A stretch of 64,000 nt of DNA from an uncultured Candidatus Rokubacteria bacterium (GCA_963826115.1 CAWGVS010000005.1:256001-320000); one strand, 5' to 3'. Counted from the stretch's first letter, positions 10,293-20,920 are shown. Translations and numbers: made by a program. The notes: generated by a model not told the origin, from the sequence alone.

Positions 10293-11216
10293 GTGCTCTG
10301 GGCGATCACCTCGTACTTCAACCCGGCCGGATACCGCCGTCGGCTGGAGAATTTCCGGGAGTTCCGCCGCCGCCTCGCCGTACCGTTGCTCGCCGTGGAG
10401 CTCCGGTACGACACGGGATTCGATCTGAAAGACGGTGATGCGGACATGCTCGTGCGCCTGCCGGGACGAGACGTCCTCTGGCAGAAGGAGCGGCTCCTCA
10501 ACGTGGCGCTCGAGCGCCTTCCAGGCGAGTGCACGCTGGTGGCGAGCGTCGACTGTGACGTCATCTTCGAGCGCGAGGATTGGGCGACGGACGTGCGCGC
10601 GCGATTGGAGCGCTTCCCGGTCGTCCAGCTGTTTACGCGCGTCCACCATCTCCGTCGCGAGTGGATCTCCGGGGACGCGCCGCGGGACGCGGTGCTCTTC
10701 GCGCAGGAGGGGTCGGCGAGCGCCATCGGACGCGGGCAGGATCTCGTGACGGTTCTGGGCACCACCACCGAGCGCCATGCCGGTGTCACGGTGAGCGGCC
10801 TCGGCTGGGCCTACCGGCGGGAGACGCTTGCGCGGCACGGCTTCTACGACGCGTGCATCGTCGGCGGCGGCGATACGGCCATGATCTGCGCGGCGCTCGG
10901 GCGGCCGGACATCGCGGTGGGTGTCCACGCCATGAACGCATCGCAGGAAGCTCGGTACCGGGTATGGGCGAGCGAGTTCCACCGCACCGTTGCTGGCCGG
11001 ATCGGCTGCCTTGACGGCGATCTCTTCCACCTGTGGCACGGCCGACTCGAGGATCGCCGGGCCCGCCAGCGTCACCTCGGCCTGGCGCCCTTCCGTTTCG
11101 ACCCCCGGCGCGACATCGCGCTCGACGGCGCCGGCTCCTGGCGATGGAGCTCGGACAAGCCCGGGCTCCATGCCTACGTGCGGGACTACTTCACCGCGCG
11201 CCGCGAGGACGCCTGA
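10293..11216 (+). CDS. GT-A-fold glycosyltransferase-like protein
   Basis: WQKERLLN, DCD (DxD), GGGD and HLWHG motifs. Confidence 0.65.
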   Translation: MLWAITSYFNPAGYRRRLENFREFRRRLAVPLLAVELRYDTGFDLKDGDADMLVRLPGRDVLWQKERLLNVALERLPGECTLVASVDCDVIFEREDWATDVRARLERFPVVQLFTRVHHLRREWISGDAPRDAVLFAQEGSASAIGRGQDLVTVLGTTTERHAGVTVSGLGWAYRRETLARHGFYDACIVGGGDTAMICAALGRPDIAVGVHAMNASQEARYRVWASEFHRTVAGRIGCLDGDLFHLWHGRLEDRRARQRHLGLAPFRFDPRRDIALDGAGSWRWSSDKPGLHAYVRDYFTARREDA

Positions 11217-11258
11217 GCTGGACCCTCACGGGGCGCGGTCTCCACCCGACCGGCAGGG

Positions 11259-12107
11259 CTACGGCGTGGCGCCAGGGACGAGCACGCGGGGGACTTCCCG
11301 GCCGAACACGGCGAGCTCCGAGAAGGTGCTGACCGGAGTGCCGACGAAGGCGTGGGTCGAGCGCAGGAGCCAGAGGTCGACCAGCGCGTCCTGGATGGCG
11401 TCCGGCGTCCGCCGATCCAGCGTGCGCGGCTCGGTCTGGACGACCCGCGCCCCGTAGCGCTTCCCGAGGGTCTCGCGCACGCCCTCGTACGGGGTCGGCC
11501 CAGCCCTCGGGTCGCCGGCGCCGTCGTCCGTCGCCAGCAGAATGCCGGCATCCGGCATGTCCGCCAGGAACCGATCCACGGCGGCCATCGCCGCGGTGGT
11601 GTTCCCGCAGAGCTCCGGGCGGCGGTTGTGATAGTCGCCCCGACGGAGGTGGAGGCCGATCATGGTCGCGCGGAAGTGGCGCGCGCGAAACTCCCGCACG
11701 CGGTCCGCGAGCTCGGGCAGAGGCTCGAGCCGCGTCAGGATCCCGGCGCATCGGGCGTGAAGTGGCGCGTGCTCCGGATACATCCACGGACGGAGCAGCC
11801 AGTACGAGTGGCCGAGCACGATCTCCGGTCGTGGGTCGTTGAAGAGATCGGGAAGCGGCAGGTGGCGATCACGGATGTTGAGACTCCACAGGGAGCGCTC
11901 GAGCCCGGCGACGTCGGTCACCGGCCAGCCGCTTTCGAACAGCTGATGAAACCCGGCGGCGCATGCCGGCGTCCGCGGCCACAGCATCGTGAAGGCCCGG
12001 CCACTCGCCTCGGCGACGATGACGCCCGAGGCGAGGACCATGAGACGGTTGCACAGCCCGCCGCCGCAGAAGACCGTGAGCGTCGGCCGTGGATGCCCGC
12101 CGGACAT
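11259..12107 (-). CDS. Fucosyltransferase-like glycosyltransferase (NodZ/GT11/GT23 type)
   Basis: GGGLCNRL, IGLHLRRGD, LLATDD and DLWLLRSTHAFVGTPVSTFS motifs. Confidence 0.75.
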   Translation of the reverse strand: MSGGHPRPTLTVFCGGGLCNRLMVLASGVIVAEASGRAFTMLWPRTPACAAGFHQLFESGWPVTDVAGLERSLWSLNIRDRHLPLPDLFNDPRPEIVLGHSYWLLRPWMYPEHAPLHARCAGILTRLEPLPELADRVREFRARHFRATMIGLHLRRGDYHNRRPELCGNTTAAMAAVDRFLADMPDAGILLATDDGAGDPRAGPTPYEGVRETLGKRYGARVVQTEPRTLDRRTPDAIQDALVDLWLLRSTHAFVGTPVSTFSELAVFGREVPRVLVPGATP

Positions 12108-12297
12108 TGGCGCCCGCCATGATAGCGTACTGCGGAGCGGGTTCCTGGGCTGCTCTGCTGGATTCGCGCGTGATTCACCGGCCGTTCCGGTCTCGAGCCG
12201 GCTCGGGCCCGTGGTAGGGTAGTCGCCGGCCCGTACCGGGGCGGCCGGCGGCGGGTCGACGCGGACCACGATCATCATGTGGGGGTTCGAGGAGAGA

Positions 12298-13278
12298 GTG
12301 GCGACGGGCACGGGCACTGAGCCGGGCCTCTCGCTCCCTCTGGTATCGGTCGTGGTGCCCGTCCTGCACGATCCTCCCGGCATCCAGGAGTGTCTGCGGG
12401 CGCTGTCCCGCCAGACGTATCCGCAGGAACGGTTCGAGATCATCGTGGCGGACAACGGCTCCATGGATGGCACCCGGGCCGTCCTCGAGGGCTTTCGTGG
12501 CGTGATGGGCTCCCGTCTCACGGTGGTGGTGGAGGACCGCGTCCGGACCTCCTATGCCGCCCGGAACTGCGGGGTTCGCGCCGCCCGGGGCGAGATCCTG
12601 GCCTTCACCGACGCGGATTGCGTGCCCACGGCCGGCTGGCTCGAGGGGGGCGTTCGCGCCCTCCGGGCCGGAGCCGAGTACGCGGGCGGACGGATCGTGG
12701 TCACCTATCGGGGGTCCCGGCCGAACGGCTACGAGTACTGGGACTCCGCGACGCGCTTCAACCAGCAGGCGTACGTGGGGCGACACTACGCGGCGACCGC
12801 GAACCTGTTCGTTTACGCCAGCGTGCTCGCGCGTCACGGTGGATTCCGTTCCGAGCTGGTCTCGGGAGGCGACCGTGAGCTCGGAGTCCGGCTGTGGAAG
12901 GCGGGCGAGCGCCTCGTGTATGCTCCGGACGCCGTCGTGACGCATCCCGCCCGCTCCACCTTGCGGAGTGTCTTCCGGAAGAGTCTGAGACTGGCCCGGG
13001 CCCAGCGCCGCCTGCACCAGCTCGGGGTGGCCAAGCCCTGGGAATGCGGGCGCAAGCTGAGGAGGTCCATGTGGCGCTGTCCGGTCCCTCGGGACTGGAC
13101 CGGCCGACCTCCGCTCCACGTCATCATCGCGGCGCGGCTGCTTCATCATGGCAACGCGTGGGTGCTGGCCACGGTGTGCGTCACGCACGGCCTCCAGGGG
13201 TGGTTGCGTCTCGGGCGCCCGATCCGACAGTCTCCTCCGGCGCTGAGTCCGAGAACAGGGTCGCCACCCGGGCCCTGA
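12298..13278 (+). CDS. Glycosyltransferase family 2
   Basis: VSVVVPV, IIVADNGSMD, AARNCG, LAFTDADC, GGDRE. Confidence 0.9.
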   Translation: MATGTGTEPGLSLPLVSVVVPVLHDPPGIQECLRALSRQTYPQERFEIIVADNGSMDGTRAVLEGFRGVMGSRLTVVVEDRVRTSYAARNCGVRAARGEILAFTDADCVPTAGWLEGGVRALRAGAEYAGGRIVVTYRGSRPNGYEYWDSATRFNQQAYVGRHYAATANLFVYASVLARHGGFRSELVSGGDRELGVRLWKAGERLVYAPDAVVTHPARSTLRSVFRKSLRLARAQRRLHQLGVAKPWECGRKLRRSMWRCPVPRDWTGRPPLHVIIAARLLHHGNAWVLATVCVTHGLQGWLRLGRPIRQSPPALSPRTGSPPGP

Positions 13279-13384
13279 GTCCCCGCGGCTCCGAGGCAGC
13301 GTGATGCTTCGGGTTCCCGCGGCCCGGGCGTACGATAGCCGCCGGGATGAGCCGCGTCTCTCTTTCCGATCCCGGACCTTCGGC

Positions 13385-14317
13385 GTGAGGGGACGCCCGT
13401 GCTTTCTCAAGCCCCGCGGGCTCGCCCCCGGGGACCGCGTCGCCGTGGTCGCCCCCGCCGGCCCCCTCGATCGCGAGGCCATGGACGCCGGTCTCCGGAT
13501 CCTGGGAGAGCGGTACAGCGTGTCGTGGGACCCGGCGCTCCTGAGCCGCGTGCGATACCTGGCGGGTGACGACGCGCGGCGAGGCAACGAGCTCGCCGCG
13601 GCCCTGGCCGACCCCGCGGTCCGGGGCGTCGTCGCCGCGCGGGGTGGCTACGGCGCCATGCGGATCCTGCCGCGCGTGTGGCCGCGCGCCGACGGCGGGC
13701 CGTCGAGTCCTGGTCCCGCCAAGCCGCTCGTGGGATTCTCGGACATCACCGCGCTCCACGCAGCCCTCCAGGCCGCGGGTCGCGTGAGCGTGCACGGGCC
13801 AGTGGTGACCCAGCTCGGGACCCAGCCCGCGGCGGTCGTCGAGCGCTTCTTCGCCCTCCTCGAGGACGCGACGGCGCCGCCCGCGCCAATCCAGGGCACG
13901 CCGGTTGTCGGCGGGATCGCCGAGGGGCCGATTCTCGGAGGGAACCTCTCGGTCCTCACGCGGCTCCTCGGGACTCCATGGCTTCCCGACCTCGACGGCG
14001 CGGTGCTGCTCCTGGAGGACGTGGGGGAGCAGCCGTACCGGATCGACCGCATGTGGACCCACCTCCGGCTGGCAGGCGTCCTCGACCGCGTGGCGGGAGT
14101 GGCGCTCGGCGATTTCACGGACTGCGAGACGCCGGGCGCGGAGTTCACCCTCCGCGACGTCCTCTGGGGCCTGGCGGCGGAGACGGGTCTGCCGTGCGTC
14201 GGTGGGCTGCCCGTCGGTCACGGCGCGGTGAACGTGCCCGTTGCGCTCGGGACGCGGGTGCGTCTTGACGGGGGTGCCGGCGCGCTGTCGTTCCTGGAGC
14301 CCGCCGTCGCGGGCTGA
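13385..14317 (+). CDS. ldcA: LD-carboxypeptidase (peptidase S66)
   Basis: ARGGYG, GFSDIT (catalytic Ser), GGNL, LEDVGE, PVGHG. Confidence 0.9.
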   Translation: MRGRPCFLKPRGLAPGDRVAVVAPAGPLDREAMDAGLRILGERYSVSWDPALLSRVRYLAGDDARRGNELAAALADPAVRGVVAARGGYGAMRILPRVWPRADGGPSSPGPAKPLVGFSDITALHAALQAAGRVSVHGPVVTQLGTQPAAVVERFFALLEDATAPPAPIQGTPVVGGIAEGPILGGNLSVLTRLLGTPWLPDLDGAVLLLEDVGEQPYRIDRMWTHLRLAGVLDRVAGVALGDFTDCETPGAEFTLRDVLWGLAAETGLPCVGGLPVGHGAVNVPVALGTRVRLDGGAGALSFLEPAVAG

Positions 14318-14341
14318 CCGGCGGCCCGCTCGGGTTGCCGA

Positions 14342-14642
14342 TCAGTCCAGGTAGAGGCCGATCAGTCCCTTGGCGCGGACCGACTCCGCGTCGGTCTGCG
14401 TGTCGAGCCGCGCGCGCTCCTTCTCGAGGTAGGCGCGCGACTGCGGCGTGCCGAGGTCGCCGATGGCCTTCAGCGCCGTCGCGCGGTCCTCGAAGTCACT
14501 CTTGGCATTCTCGGCTTGCTTGGCCCAGGAGGTCGAAGTGCTGCTCGGCGCGCAGGATGCCGAGGGCGGACAGGGCCGCGCGCATGAGGAACGCCTCCCG
14601 CCGATCCGGTGCCACGAAGATCCGTCCCGACACGATGATCAT
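14342..14642 (-). pseudogene. Chimeric remnant: ABM-monooxygenase-like N-terminus joined to a HEAT-like C-terminus, with a +1 frameshift
   Basis: MIIVSGRIFVAPDRREAFL + MRAALSALGILRAEQHFDLL / AKQAENAKSDFEDRATALKAIGDLGTPQSRAYLEKE...LYLD*. Length 301 nt. Confidence 0.45.
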
Positions 14643-14918
14643 CTCGCACCCGCCATCCGGCCTGAAGCTTCCCCGCCTGGGCGGGGCATGCGTCACCCGA
14701 TAGCCTCCCGGAGGACCCCGCAATCGACATCCGACCCGGACCGGACAGCCCGGCCAGCCTTTCCGGGCGTCGGGCCCTCCTTCCGGCGCGCATGGCCGCC
14801 AGGGCCGCTGGCGCGCCGGCGCGTCCATGGGTAAGAATGTCGTGCGACCGTGGCCGTCACCCTCTCGGACGACCGATCATCCGACCGGGCTCCCGGGAAA
14901 CCGGGCAGGGAGGAATCC

Positions 14919-16508
14919 ATGGCTCAGCGCCTCGTGACCGCCCGGAGCACTCGGCTCGCGCTCGCCGTCCTGCTCTTCGTCATGGCAGGGTGGCTCGGAC
15001 CTCGGCCGGCCGACGCCCAGGGATCACCAGCAGCCAGCCCGAAGCGCGGGGGTGTTCTCCGCGTGGCCATTATCGGAGAGCCGCCCTCGCTCGATGGTCA
15101 CATGACCACGGCGACAATCACGCGGGAGATCGGGTCGCAGATCTTCGAGACTCTCTTCACCCTCGACGGGCGCTTCGAGACCGTGCCGCATCTTGCCGAG
15201 AGTCACGAGGTGCAGGATGGCGGAAAGCGCTACGTCATCCAGCTCCGGAAGGGCGTCCGGTTCCACAACGGGAAGGAGATGGGTGCGGCCGACGTCGTCG
15301 CCTCGCTCAGGCGTTGGGGCGCCGTGTCGTCGACGGGCAAGACCATCTTCAAGACGGTCGAGGCCGTCGAGGCCCGGGGCCCCTCGACCGTGGAGATCCG
15401 CCTGCGGGAGCCGTCGGTCATCCTTCCGACAGCGCTCGGCGCGATCGGCCCGTTTGCGGCGATCTATCCCAAGGAGGTCATCGACGCGAGCGGCGACGGC
15501 CCGCTCAAGGAGTTCGTGGGGACCGGGCCGTTCCGGCTGGCCGAGCACCGGCCCGATCGGCACATCAAGCTGGTCCGCTTCGACGGCTATGCGGCCCGAT
15601 CGGAAGCGCCCAGCGGGCTCGCCGGCCAGCGAACGGCGTACCTGGACGAGCTCCTGTTCATGCCGGTGCCCGAAGAGGCGACGCGCTACGCCGGGCTCAC
15701 GTCGGGCGAGTACGGCTTCGCGCAGCAGCTCCGCCCGGATCACTACGAGAGTCTCCGGACCGCCACCGGCGTCACGCCCGTCGTCGTGAAGCCGTACGGC
15801 TGGGCGGTGCTCGTCCTGAACCTGAAGCAGGGGCTCCTGATGGACAAGCGGATCCGCCAGGCCATCCAGGCCGCCGTCAGCGTGGATCCGGCGATGCTGG
15901 TCGCCATGGGGCATCGTGATTTCTTCCGGGTGGACCCGGGCCTCTTCTTCCCGGAGCAGGCGTGGCACTCGAAGGCCGGCGCGCGCCTCTACGACCAGAA
16001 GGATCCGGCAAAGGCGCGCCGGCTTCTCCAGGAGGCCGGCTATCAGGGCCAGCCCGTGCGGTGGATGGTCACCACCGAGTACGAGCACCACTACAAGCCG
16101 GCGCTGGCAGTCAAGAGCCAGCTCGAGGAGATCGGTCTCAAGATCGACCTCCAGGTCTCCGACTGGGCCACCGTCGTCCAGCGGCGCAACAAGGCCGAGC
16201 TGTGGGACATCTTCAGCACGGCCGTGGTCTTCGAGGCCGAGCCGAGCACGTCCGTCCAGGTCCTGTGCGAGTGGCCGGGCTGGTGGTGCACGCCCGAGAA
16301 GGACGGGCTCCTCCAGGCGATGGCGCGGGAGCCGGACGTCAAGAAGCGCTTTGCCCTGTGGGAGAAGGTTCAGACGCTCTTCTACGAGGACGCCGCGCGC
16401 GTCAAGCTCGGCGACTACTTCCGGATGGACGGGCGGCGCGCCGACGTCCAGGGGTACCAGCCGGGCCCGTACATGCGGTTCTGGAACGTCTGGCTCGATC
16501 GGAAGTAG
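14919..16508 (+). CDS. ABC transporter substrate-binding protein, family 5 (peptide/nickel)
   Basis: Signal peptide, PKRGGVLR, LRKGVRFHNG, VGTGPF. Confidence 0.93.
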   Translation: MAQRLVTARSTRLALAVLLFVMAGWLGPRPADAQGSPAASPKRGGVLRVAIIGEPPSLDGHMTTATITREIGSQIFETLFTLDGRFETVPHLAESHEVQDGGKRYVIQLRKGVRFHNGKEMGAADVVASLRRWGAVSSTGKTIFKTVEAVEARGPSTVEIRLREPSVILPTALGAIGPFAAIYPKEVIDASGDGPLKEFVGTGPFRLAEHRPDRHIKLVRFDGYAARSEAPSGLAGQRTAYLDELLFMPVPEEATRYAGLTSGEYGFAQQLRPDHYESLRTATGVTPVVVKPYGWAVLVLNLKQGLLMDKRIRQAIQAAVSVDPAMLVAMGHRDFFRVDPGLFFPEQAWHSKAGARLYDQKDPAKARRLLQEAGYQGQPVRWMVTTEYEHHYKPALAVKSQLEEIGLKIDLQVSDWATVVQRRNKAELWDIFSTAVVFEAEPSTSVQVLCEWPGWWCTPEKDGLLQAMAREPDVKKRFALWEKVQTLFYEDAARVKLGDYFRMDGRRADVQGYQPGPYMRFWNVWLDRK

Positions 16509-16520
16509 GCGGAGGGAGAC

Positions 16521-16715
16521 ATGAGCGACGTGACGCTGGACGAGGTGAGGGCGCGGGCGGCGGCGGCGGGCCTCACGCTGAGCGACGCGCAGCTGGCGAT
16601 CGTGCAGCGCATGCTGGCCGACACGCTGGCGCCGCTGCGCCGGACCGACGCGAGCGCCATGCGGGCGGTCGAGCCCGCGGTCACCTTCGACGCGGGTGGG
16701 GGAGCCGGGGAATGA
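16521..16715 (+). CDS. Small AtzG/GatC-like amidase accessory subunit
   Basis: 64 aa, helical, ending EPAVTF. Stop overlaps the amidase ATG (ATGA). GGAGGGAG SD. Confidence 0.65.
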   Translation: MSDVTLDEVRARAAAAGLTLSDAQLAIVQRMLADTLAPLRRTDASAMRAVEPAVTFDAGGGAGE

Positions 16716-18110
16716 TGCCGTCCGACGATCTGGCCTATGCGGGGATCCGCGAGCTGGGTCGGCGCTTTCGGTCGGGGGCGCTCTCCCCGGTCGAGCTGAC
16801 CACGTTCCAGCTCCGGCGCATCGAGCGCCTCGAGCCGACGCTCCATGCGTTCGTGACGGTCACGGCCGACCGCGCCCTGGCCGACGCGAAGGCCGCGGAG
16901 GCCGCGATCGCCCGCGGCGACCGCCGCCCGCTCCTGGGCATCCCGGTCGCCTACAAGGACCTCTACGCCACGCGCGGCATCCGGACGACCGCCGGCTCCG
17001 CGCTCCTCGAGGACTGGGTGCCGGACGACGACGCGACGTGCGTCACCCGCCTCCAGGACGCCGGGTGCGTCATGCTGGGCAAGCTCATCACGCACGAGTT
17101 CGCGTGGGGGATCCAGACACCGGGGCACCGCTTCCCGCCCGCGCGCAATCCGTGGAGCCGCGACCACATTCCGGGCGGCTCGTCGAGCGGCTCGGGCGCG
17201 GCGCTCGCCGCGGGGCTGTGCGCGGGCGCGCTCGGCTCCGACACCGGCGGCTCGATCCGCGGGCCCGCCGCGTTCTCCGGCATCGTGGGCCTCAAGCCCA
17301 CGTACGGGCGCTGCAGCCGCGCGGGCGTCGTCACGCTGTCGTGGACGCTCGACCACACCGGACCCATGGCCCGCACCGTGGAGGACTGCGCCTACCAGCT
17401 CCAGGCGCTGGCCGGCCACGACCCGCTCGATCCGGCCTCGAGCCGCGCCCCCGTCGCGGACTATCTCGCGCGCGCTGGGGCAGCCCATCCGCGGCCTCGC
17501 GATCGGCGTGCCGTCGCGCGACTTCTTCCTGGAGGGCACCGATCCCGAGGTCGCCGCCGCGTTCGAGGCGTCGCTCGCGACGCTCCGCTCGCTCGGGGCG
17601 GATGTCCGGGACGTGGCGATCCCCCACATCTGGGACACCCCGGTGTTCATGGTCATCCTGGCGTCTGAGGCCTTCGCCTACCACGAGCGCGACCTCCGCG
17701 AGCGCCCCTGGCTGTACGGCGAGCTGTTGCGGGACCGACTCCTGCACGGTGGGCTCTACACCGGCGCGGAGTACGTGCAGGCGATGCGCCTCCGTGAGCG
17801 ATTGCGCCGGGAGATGCGCGAGGCGCTGCGCACCGTGGATCTCCTCGCGACGCCCACGATGCCGAAGCCCGCGCCGACGTTTGCCAGCGCCTATGACGGC
17901 AAGGTGGGCTTCCCGCGGAGCAACACGCCGCCTTTCAACCTGAGCGGGCTGCCGGCGCTCGCGCTACCGTGCGGGTTCACGGGCGGCGGCCTGCCGATCT
18001 CGCTGCAGCTGGCCGGCCGACCGTTCGACGAGGCCACGGTGCTGCGTGCGGGGCACGCGTACGAGCAGGCCACGGAGTGGCACACTCGCCGGGCGCCTCT
18101 GGCCACGTGA
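16712..18110 (+). CDS. Amidase signature family protein (apparent +1 frameshift near 17470)
   Basis: GIPVAYKD, GGSSSGS, GSDTGGSIRGPAA. The C-terminal half (PFNLSGLPALALPCGF) is in another frame. Length 1399 nt. Confidence 0.88.
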
Positions 18111-18335
18111 TCGGGTGGCGAGGCGCGTCTCGCGCCAGCCGGTCCCCCGCTCAGGGCCTCCCGGACGTCGAGCGTGTCGTGAGGAATCCTTCAGGGGTTG
18201 GACGCCATCGCAGCCACGAGGATGCCGAGGCGTGGCATGGTCGATATTCGCCAGTGATCCCCGCCCGCGCGCGGGCAGGGTGTGGGCCGCGTGGGCGTTG
18301 AAGTGGGCCGTCGGCTCGCTTATGTATGGAGTGGC

Positions 18336-19610
18336 ATGAGGACCTCCTGTCGCCGGCGCTGGTGGCCGTGGCTGCTCGTCCCGGTGGTTCTCGCCGGCTG
18401 CATGTTCCGCGACCTCAGGCAGAACCTCGCCACGATGAACGAGTACGCCGTTCTCCGCGGGACCGTCCGCACCGACCACGCGACCGATCTGCCGATCGTG
18501 GTCGTCATCTACTCGGGCGAGAAGGGCCGCGAGGAGCTGGTGGACTACTTCGTCCTGGCGGGACCGGGGCCGTACTTCTTCTTCGTGCCCGCCGGGGAGT
18601 ATCGTCTCGCGGCGTTCGAGGACGTCAATCGGAGCTTCACCTACCAGCCCGGCGTCGAGCCCTCCGCGCTGCTCCGCGGCGGGCAGCCGATCACCGCGGA
18701 GGGCGGCGCGACCGTGGAGGGTCTCGACATCGAGATCCGTGGCGCCGGGCGCGAGCGCGTCCCGTTCGTCTTCACGTCGTCGGTGACCGAGGAGTCGGGC
18801 GAGCGGTCCCTGGCCGAGTTCCACCTCGGCGAGGTGACGAGCCTGGACGACCCGCGCTTCTCGGAGGAGAGCGCGCGTCGGGGGCTGTGGCAGCCGGCAG
18901 ACTTCCTCCGGCAGGTCGGCGCCGGCGTGTACTTCCTCGAGCCGTACGATCCGCAGAAGGTCCCGGTGCTCTTCGTCCACGGCGCCCTCGGCCACCCGCG
19001 CAACTTCGCCACCTTGATCTCGCGCCTCGACCGCAACCGGTTCCAGCCGTGGCTCGTCTACTACCCGACGGCCGTGGGCCTCACGCCGACCGCCACGTCC
19101 CTCGACCGCTGGATGCAGTACCTGTACGTTCAGCACCACTACCCCCGCCTGGCAGTCGTCGCTCATAGCATGGGGGGGCTGGTGGCGCGGGCCTTCGTCA
19201 ATCGCGTGATCACCGCGAACGACGGTCGCACCGAGGGCATGCGGCTGTTCTTCACCATGTCGACGCCGTGGGGCGGGCACGCGGCGGCCCAGCGGGGCGT
19301 GGACCGGGCGCCGGTCGTCGCGCCCTCCTGGTACGACATGGCCACGGGGAGCCCCTTCCAGCGCTCCTTGCTCGACACGGCGCTGCCGCCGATGCTCGGG
19401 CACGATCTGCTCTTCAGCTTTGCGGGCGGTCCGCGCCGGATGGGAGAGGCCAACGACGGGGTCGTCACCGTCGCGAGCCAGCTCGAGCCTCGCGTGCAGT
19501 CCCATGCGCGCGCGGTGCGCGGCTTCAACGAGACGCACACCTCCATCCTGGAGAGTGTCGAGGTGTCGGCGCTCCTGAACGCAGAGCTGGCCGTGGCGAC
19601 CGCGCGGTAG
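18336..19610 (+). CDS. Alpha/beta-hydrolase lipoprotein (lipase/PGAP1-like), paralog 1
   Basis: LAGC lipobox, PVLFVHG, AHSMGG nucleophile elbow, NDGVV, HTSIL. Confidence 0.85.
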   Translation: MRTSCRRRWWPWLLVPVVLAGCMFRDLRQNLATMNEYAVLRGTVRTDHATDLPIVVVIYSGEKGREELVDYFVLAGPGPYFFFVPAGEYRLAAFEDVNRSFTYQPGVEPSALLRGGQPITAEGGATVEGLDIEIRGAGRERVPFVFTSSVTEESGERSLAEFHLGEVTSLDDPRFSEESARRGLWQPADFLRQVGAGVYFLEPYDPQKVPVLFVHGALGHPRNFATLISRLDRNRFQPWLVYYPTAVGLTPTATSLDRWMQYLYVQHHYPRLAVVAHSMGGLVARAFVNRVITANDGRTEGMRLFFTMSTPWGGHAAAQRGVDRAPVVAPSWYDMATGSPFQRSLLDTALPPMLGHDLLFSFAGGPRRMGEANDGVVTVASQLEPRVQSHARAVRGFNETHTSILESVEVSALLNAELAVATAR

Positions 19611-19799
19611 CACCCGCCCGACCTGCGCCAACCCTCCCGAGCATCGCCCGCCGGGCCGCCTTTCGGCTTGACGCCCACGCCTTCCGGCGCGACTGTCGTG
19701 ATTGGCCCGGAGTCGAGGAACGCCGGCCGCCGCCGGGAGCTCCGGGTCCGTTCCGCAACAGGCCCAGGGGCGCCGGCCCGGCGCCCGGAGGGAGGAGCC

Positions 19800-20270
19800 A
19801 TGCGCAGCGAGAAGCGGGTTCCGTGGTATGCGCTCATGGTCGCGCTCTCCGTCGTCGCCGTGACGGGACCGGAAGCGGTCGCCCAGACCGCGGGCCCACG
19901 GGCGGCGATCGAAGCCGCCAACGCGAAGTTCTCCGCGGACTTCGCGAAGGGGGATGCCAACGCCGTCGCGTCGCACTACACCTCCGGCGCCTGGGCCTTC
20001 CCGCCGAACGGGGAGATCACCCGCGGCCGGGAGGCTATCGGGAAGCTCTGGAAGGGCGCCATGGACGGTGGTGTCAAGCAGGTGAAGCTGACCACCGTCG
20101 AGGTGGAGGCCCACGGTGATGCCGCCCACGAGGTGGGCACCTACGCGCTGGTCGGCGACGCCGGCAAGCAGGTCGACAACGGCAAGTACGTCGTCGTCTG
20201 GAAGCGCGAGGGAGGGCAGTGGAAGATTCACCGGGACATCTGGAACACCAGCGCGCCGGCGCCGAAGTAG
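19800..20270 (+). CDS. Secreted SnoaL/DUF4440 (YybH-like) protein
   Basis: Signal peptide, GREAI, GKYVVVWKREGGQWKIHRDIWN. GGAGGAG SD. Confidence 0.85.
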   Translation: MRSEKRVPWYALMVALSVVAVTGPEAVAQTAGPRAAIEAANAKFSADFAKGDANAVASHYTSGAWAFPPNGEITRGREAIGKLWKGAMDGGVKQVKLTTVEVEAHGDAAHEVGTYALVGDAGKQVDNGKYVVVWKREGGQWKIHRDIWNTSAPAPK

Positions 20271-20298
20271 CGGATCCGCCAGCAGGGAGGAGCTCCGG

Positions 20299-20757
20299 TT
20301 GACCGTTCGGCTCGACCACATGATCGTTCCCGCCCGGGACCGCCGAGCGTCCGCCGAGCTTCTCGCCACGCTCCTCGGCGTGCCCTGGTCGAAGTCCGGT
20401 GTCGGCCCCTTCTGTCCCGTCTACGTCAATGACGGGTTGACCCTGGATTTCGATCAGGCCGACGGCCCCATCCCCATCCAGCACTACTGTTTCCGCGTGA
20501 GCGAGGCTGACTTCGATCGCATCCTCGGGCGGATCAAGGCGCGCGGCATCGCGTACCGGAGCGGGCCGCACGGTCCGGCCGACATGCGGATCGGCAGCCA
20601 CGGCGGCGGCCGGCTCGTGTACTGGAACGAGCCCGACGGGCACGTCTGGGAGGCGCTGACCGTGAGTTACGCTCGACCGCCGAAGCGCGCGGCGCGGAAG
20701 AGCGCGGGGCAGGGGAACGCGCGCCGGCGGCCAGGATCATCGCGGGCCGGACGCTGA
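20299..20757 (+). CDS. VOC/glyoxalase family protein
   Basis: TTG start after GGAGG. LDHMIV, QHYCF, YWNEPDGHVWE. Confidence 0.85.
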   Translation: MTVRLDHMIVPARDRRASAELLATLLGVPWSKSGVGPFCPVYVNDGLTLDFDQADGPIPIQHYCFRVSEADFDRILGRIKARGIAYRSGPHGPADMRIGSHGGGRLVYWNEPDGHVWEALTVSYARPPKRAARKSAGQGNARRRPGSSRAGR

Positions 20758-20920
20758 CCTCGAGGTCGCCCGGCGTGAATCCCGAGCACGCCGTGGTCTG
20801 CTTCGTGGGGACCCTGTGGGAGAACCGGTCGTTCGGAGGTGGTCGATCCACCAGCACGTGATCGAGATGTCGCGCGCGGGGCGGCGTTTCCCGGGCGCGG
20901 GGAGGGCGAAGGCAGGGGCG

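Noticed and set aside
17460-17480. Programmed ribosomal frameshift in the amidase
   Set aside because: There is no slippery heptamer, and the same +1 pattern recurs in unrelated genes, which favours sequencing error.
16521-18110. gatC-gatA of the tRNA amidotransferase
   Set aside because: No gatB follows, the small protein is shorter than GatC, and the context is transport/catabolism.
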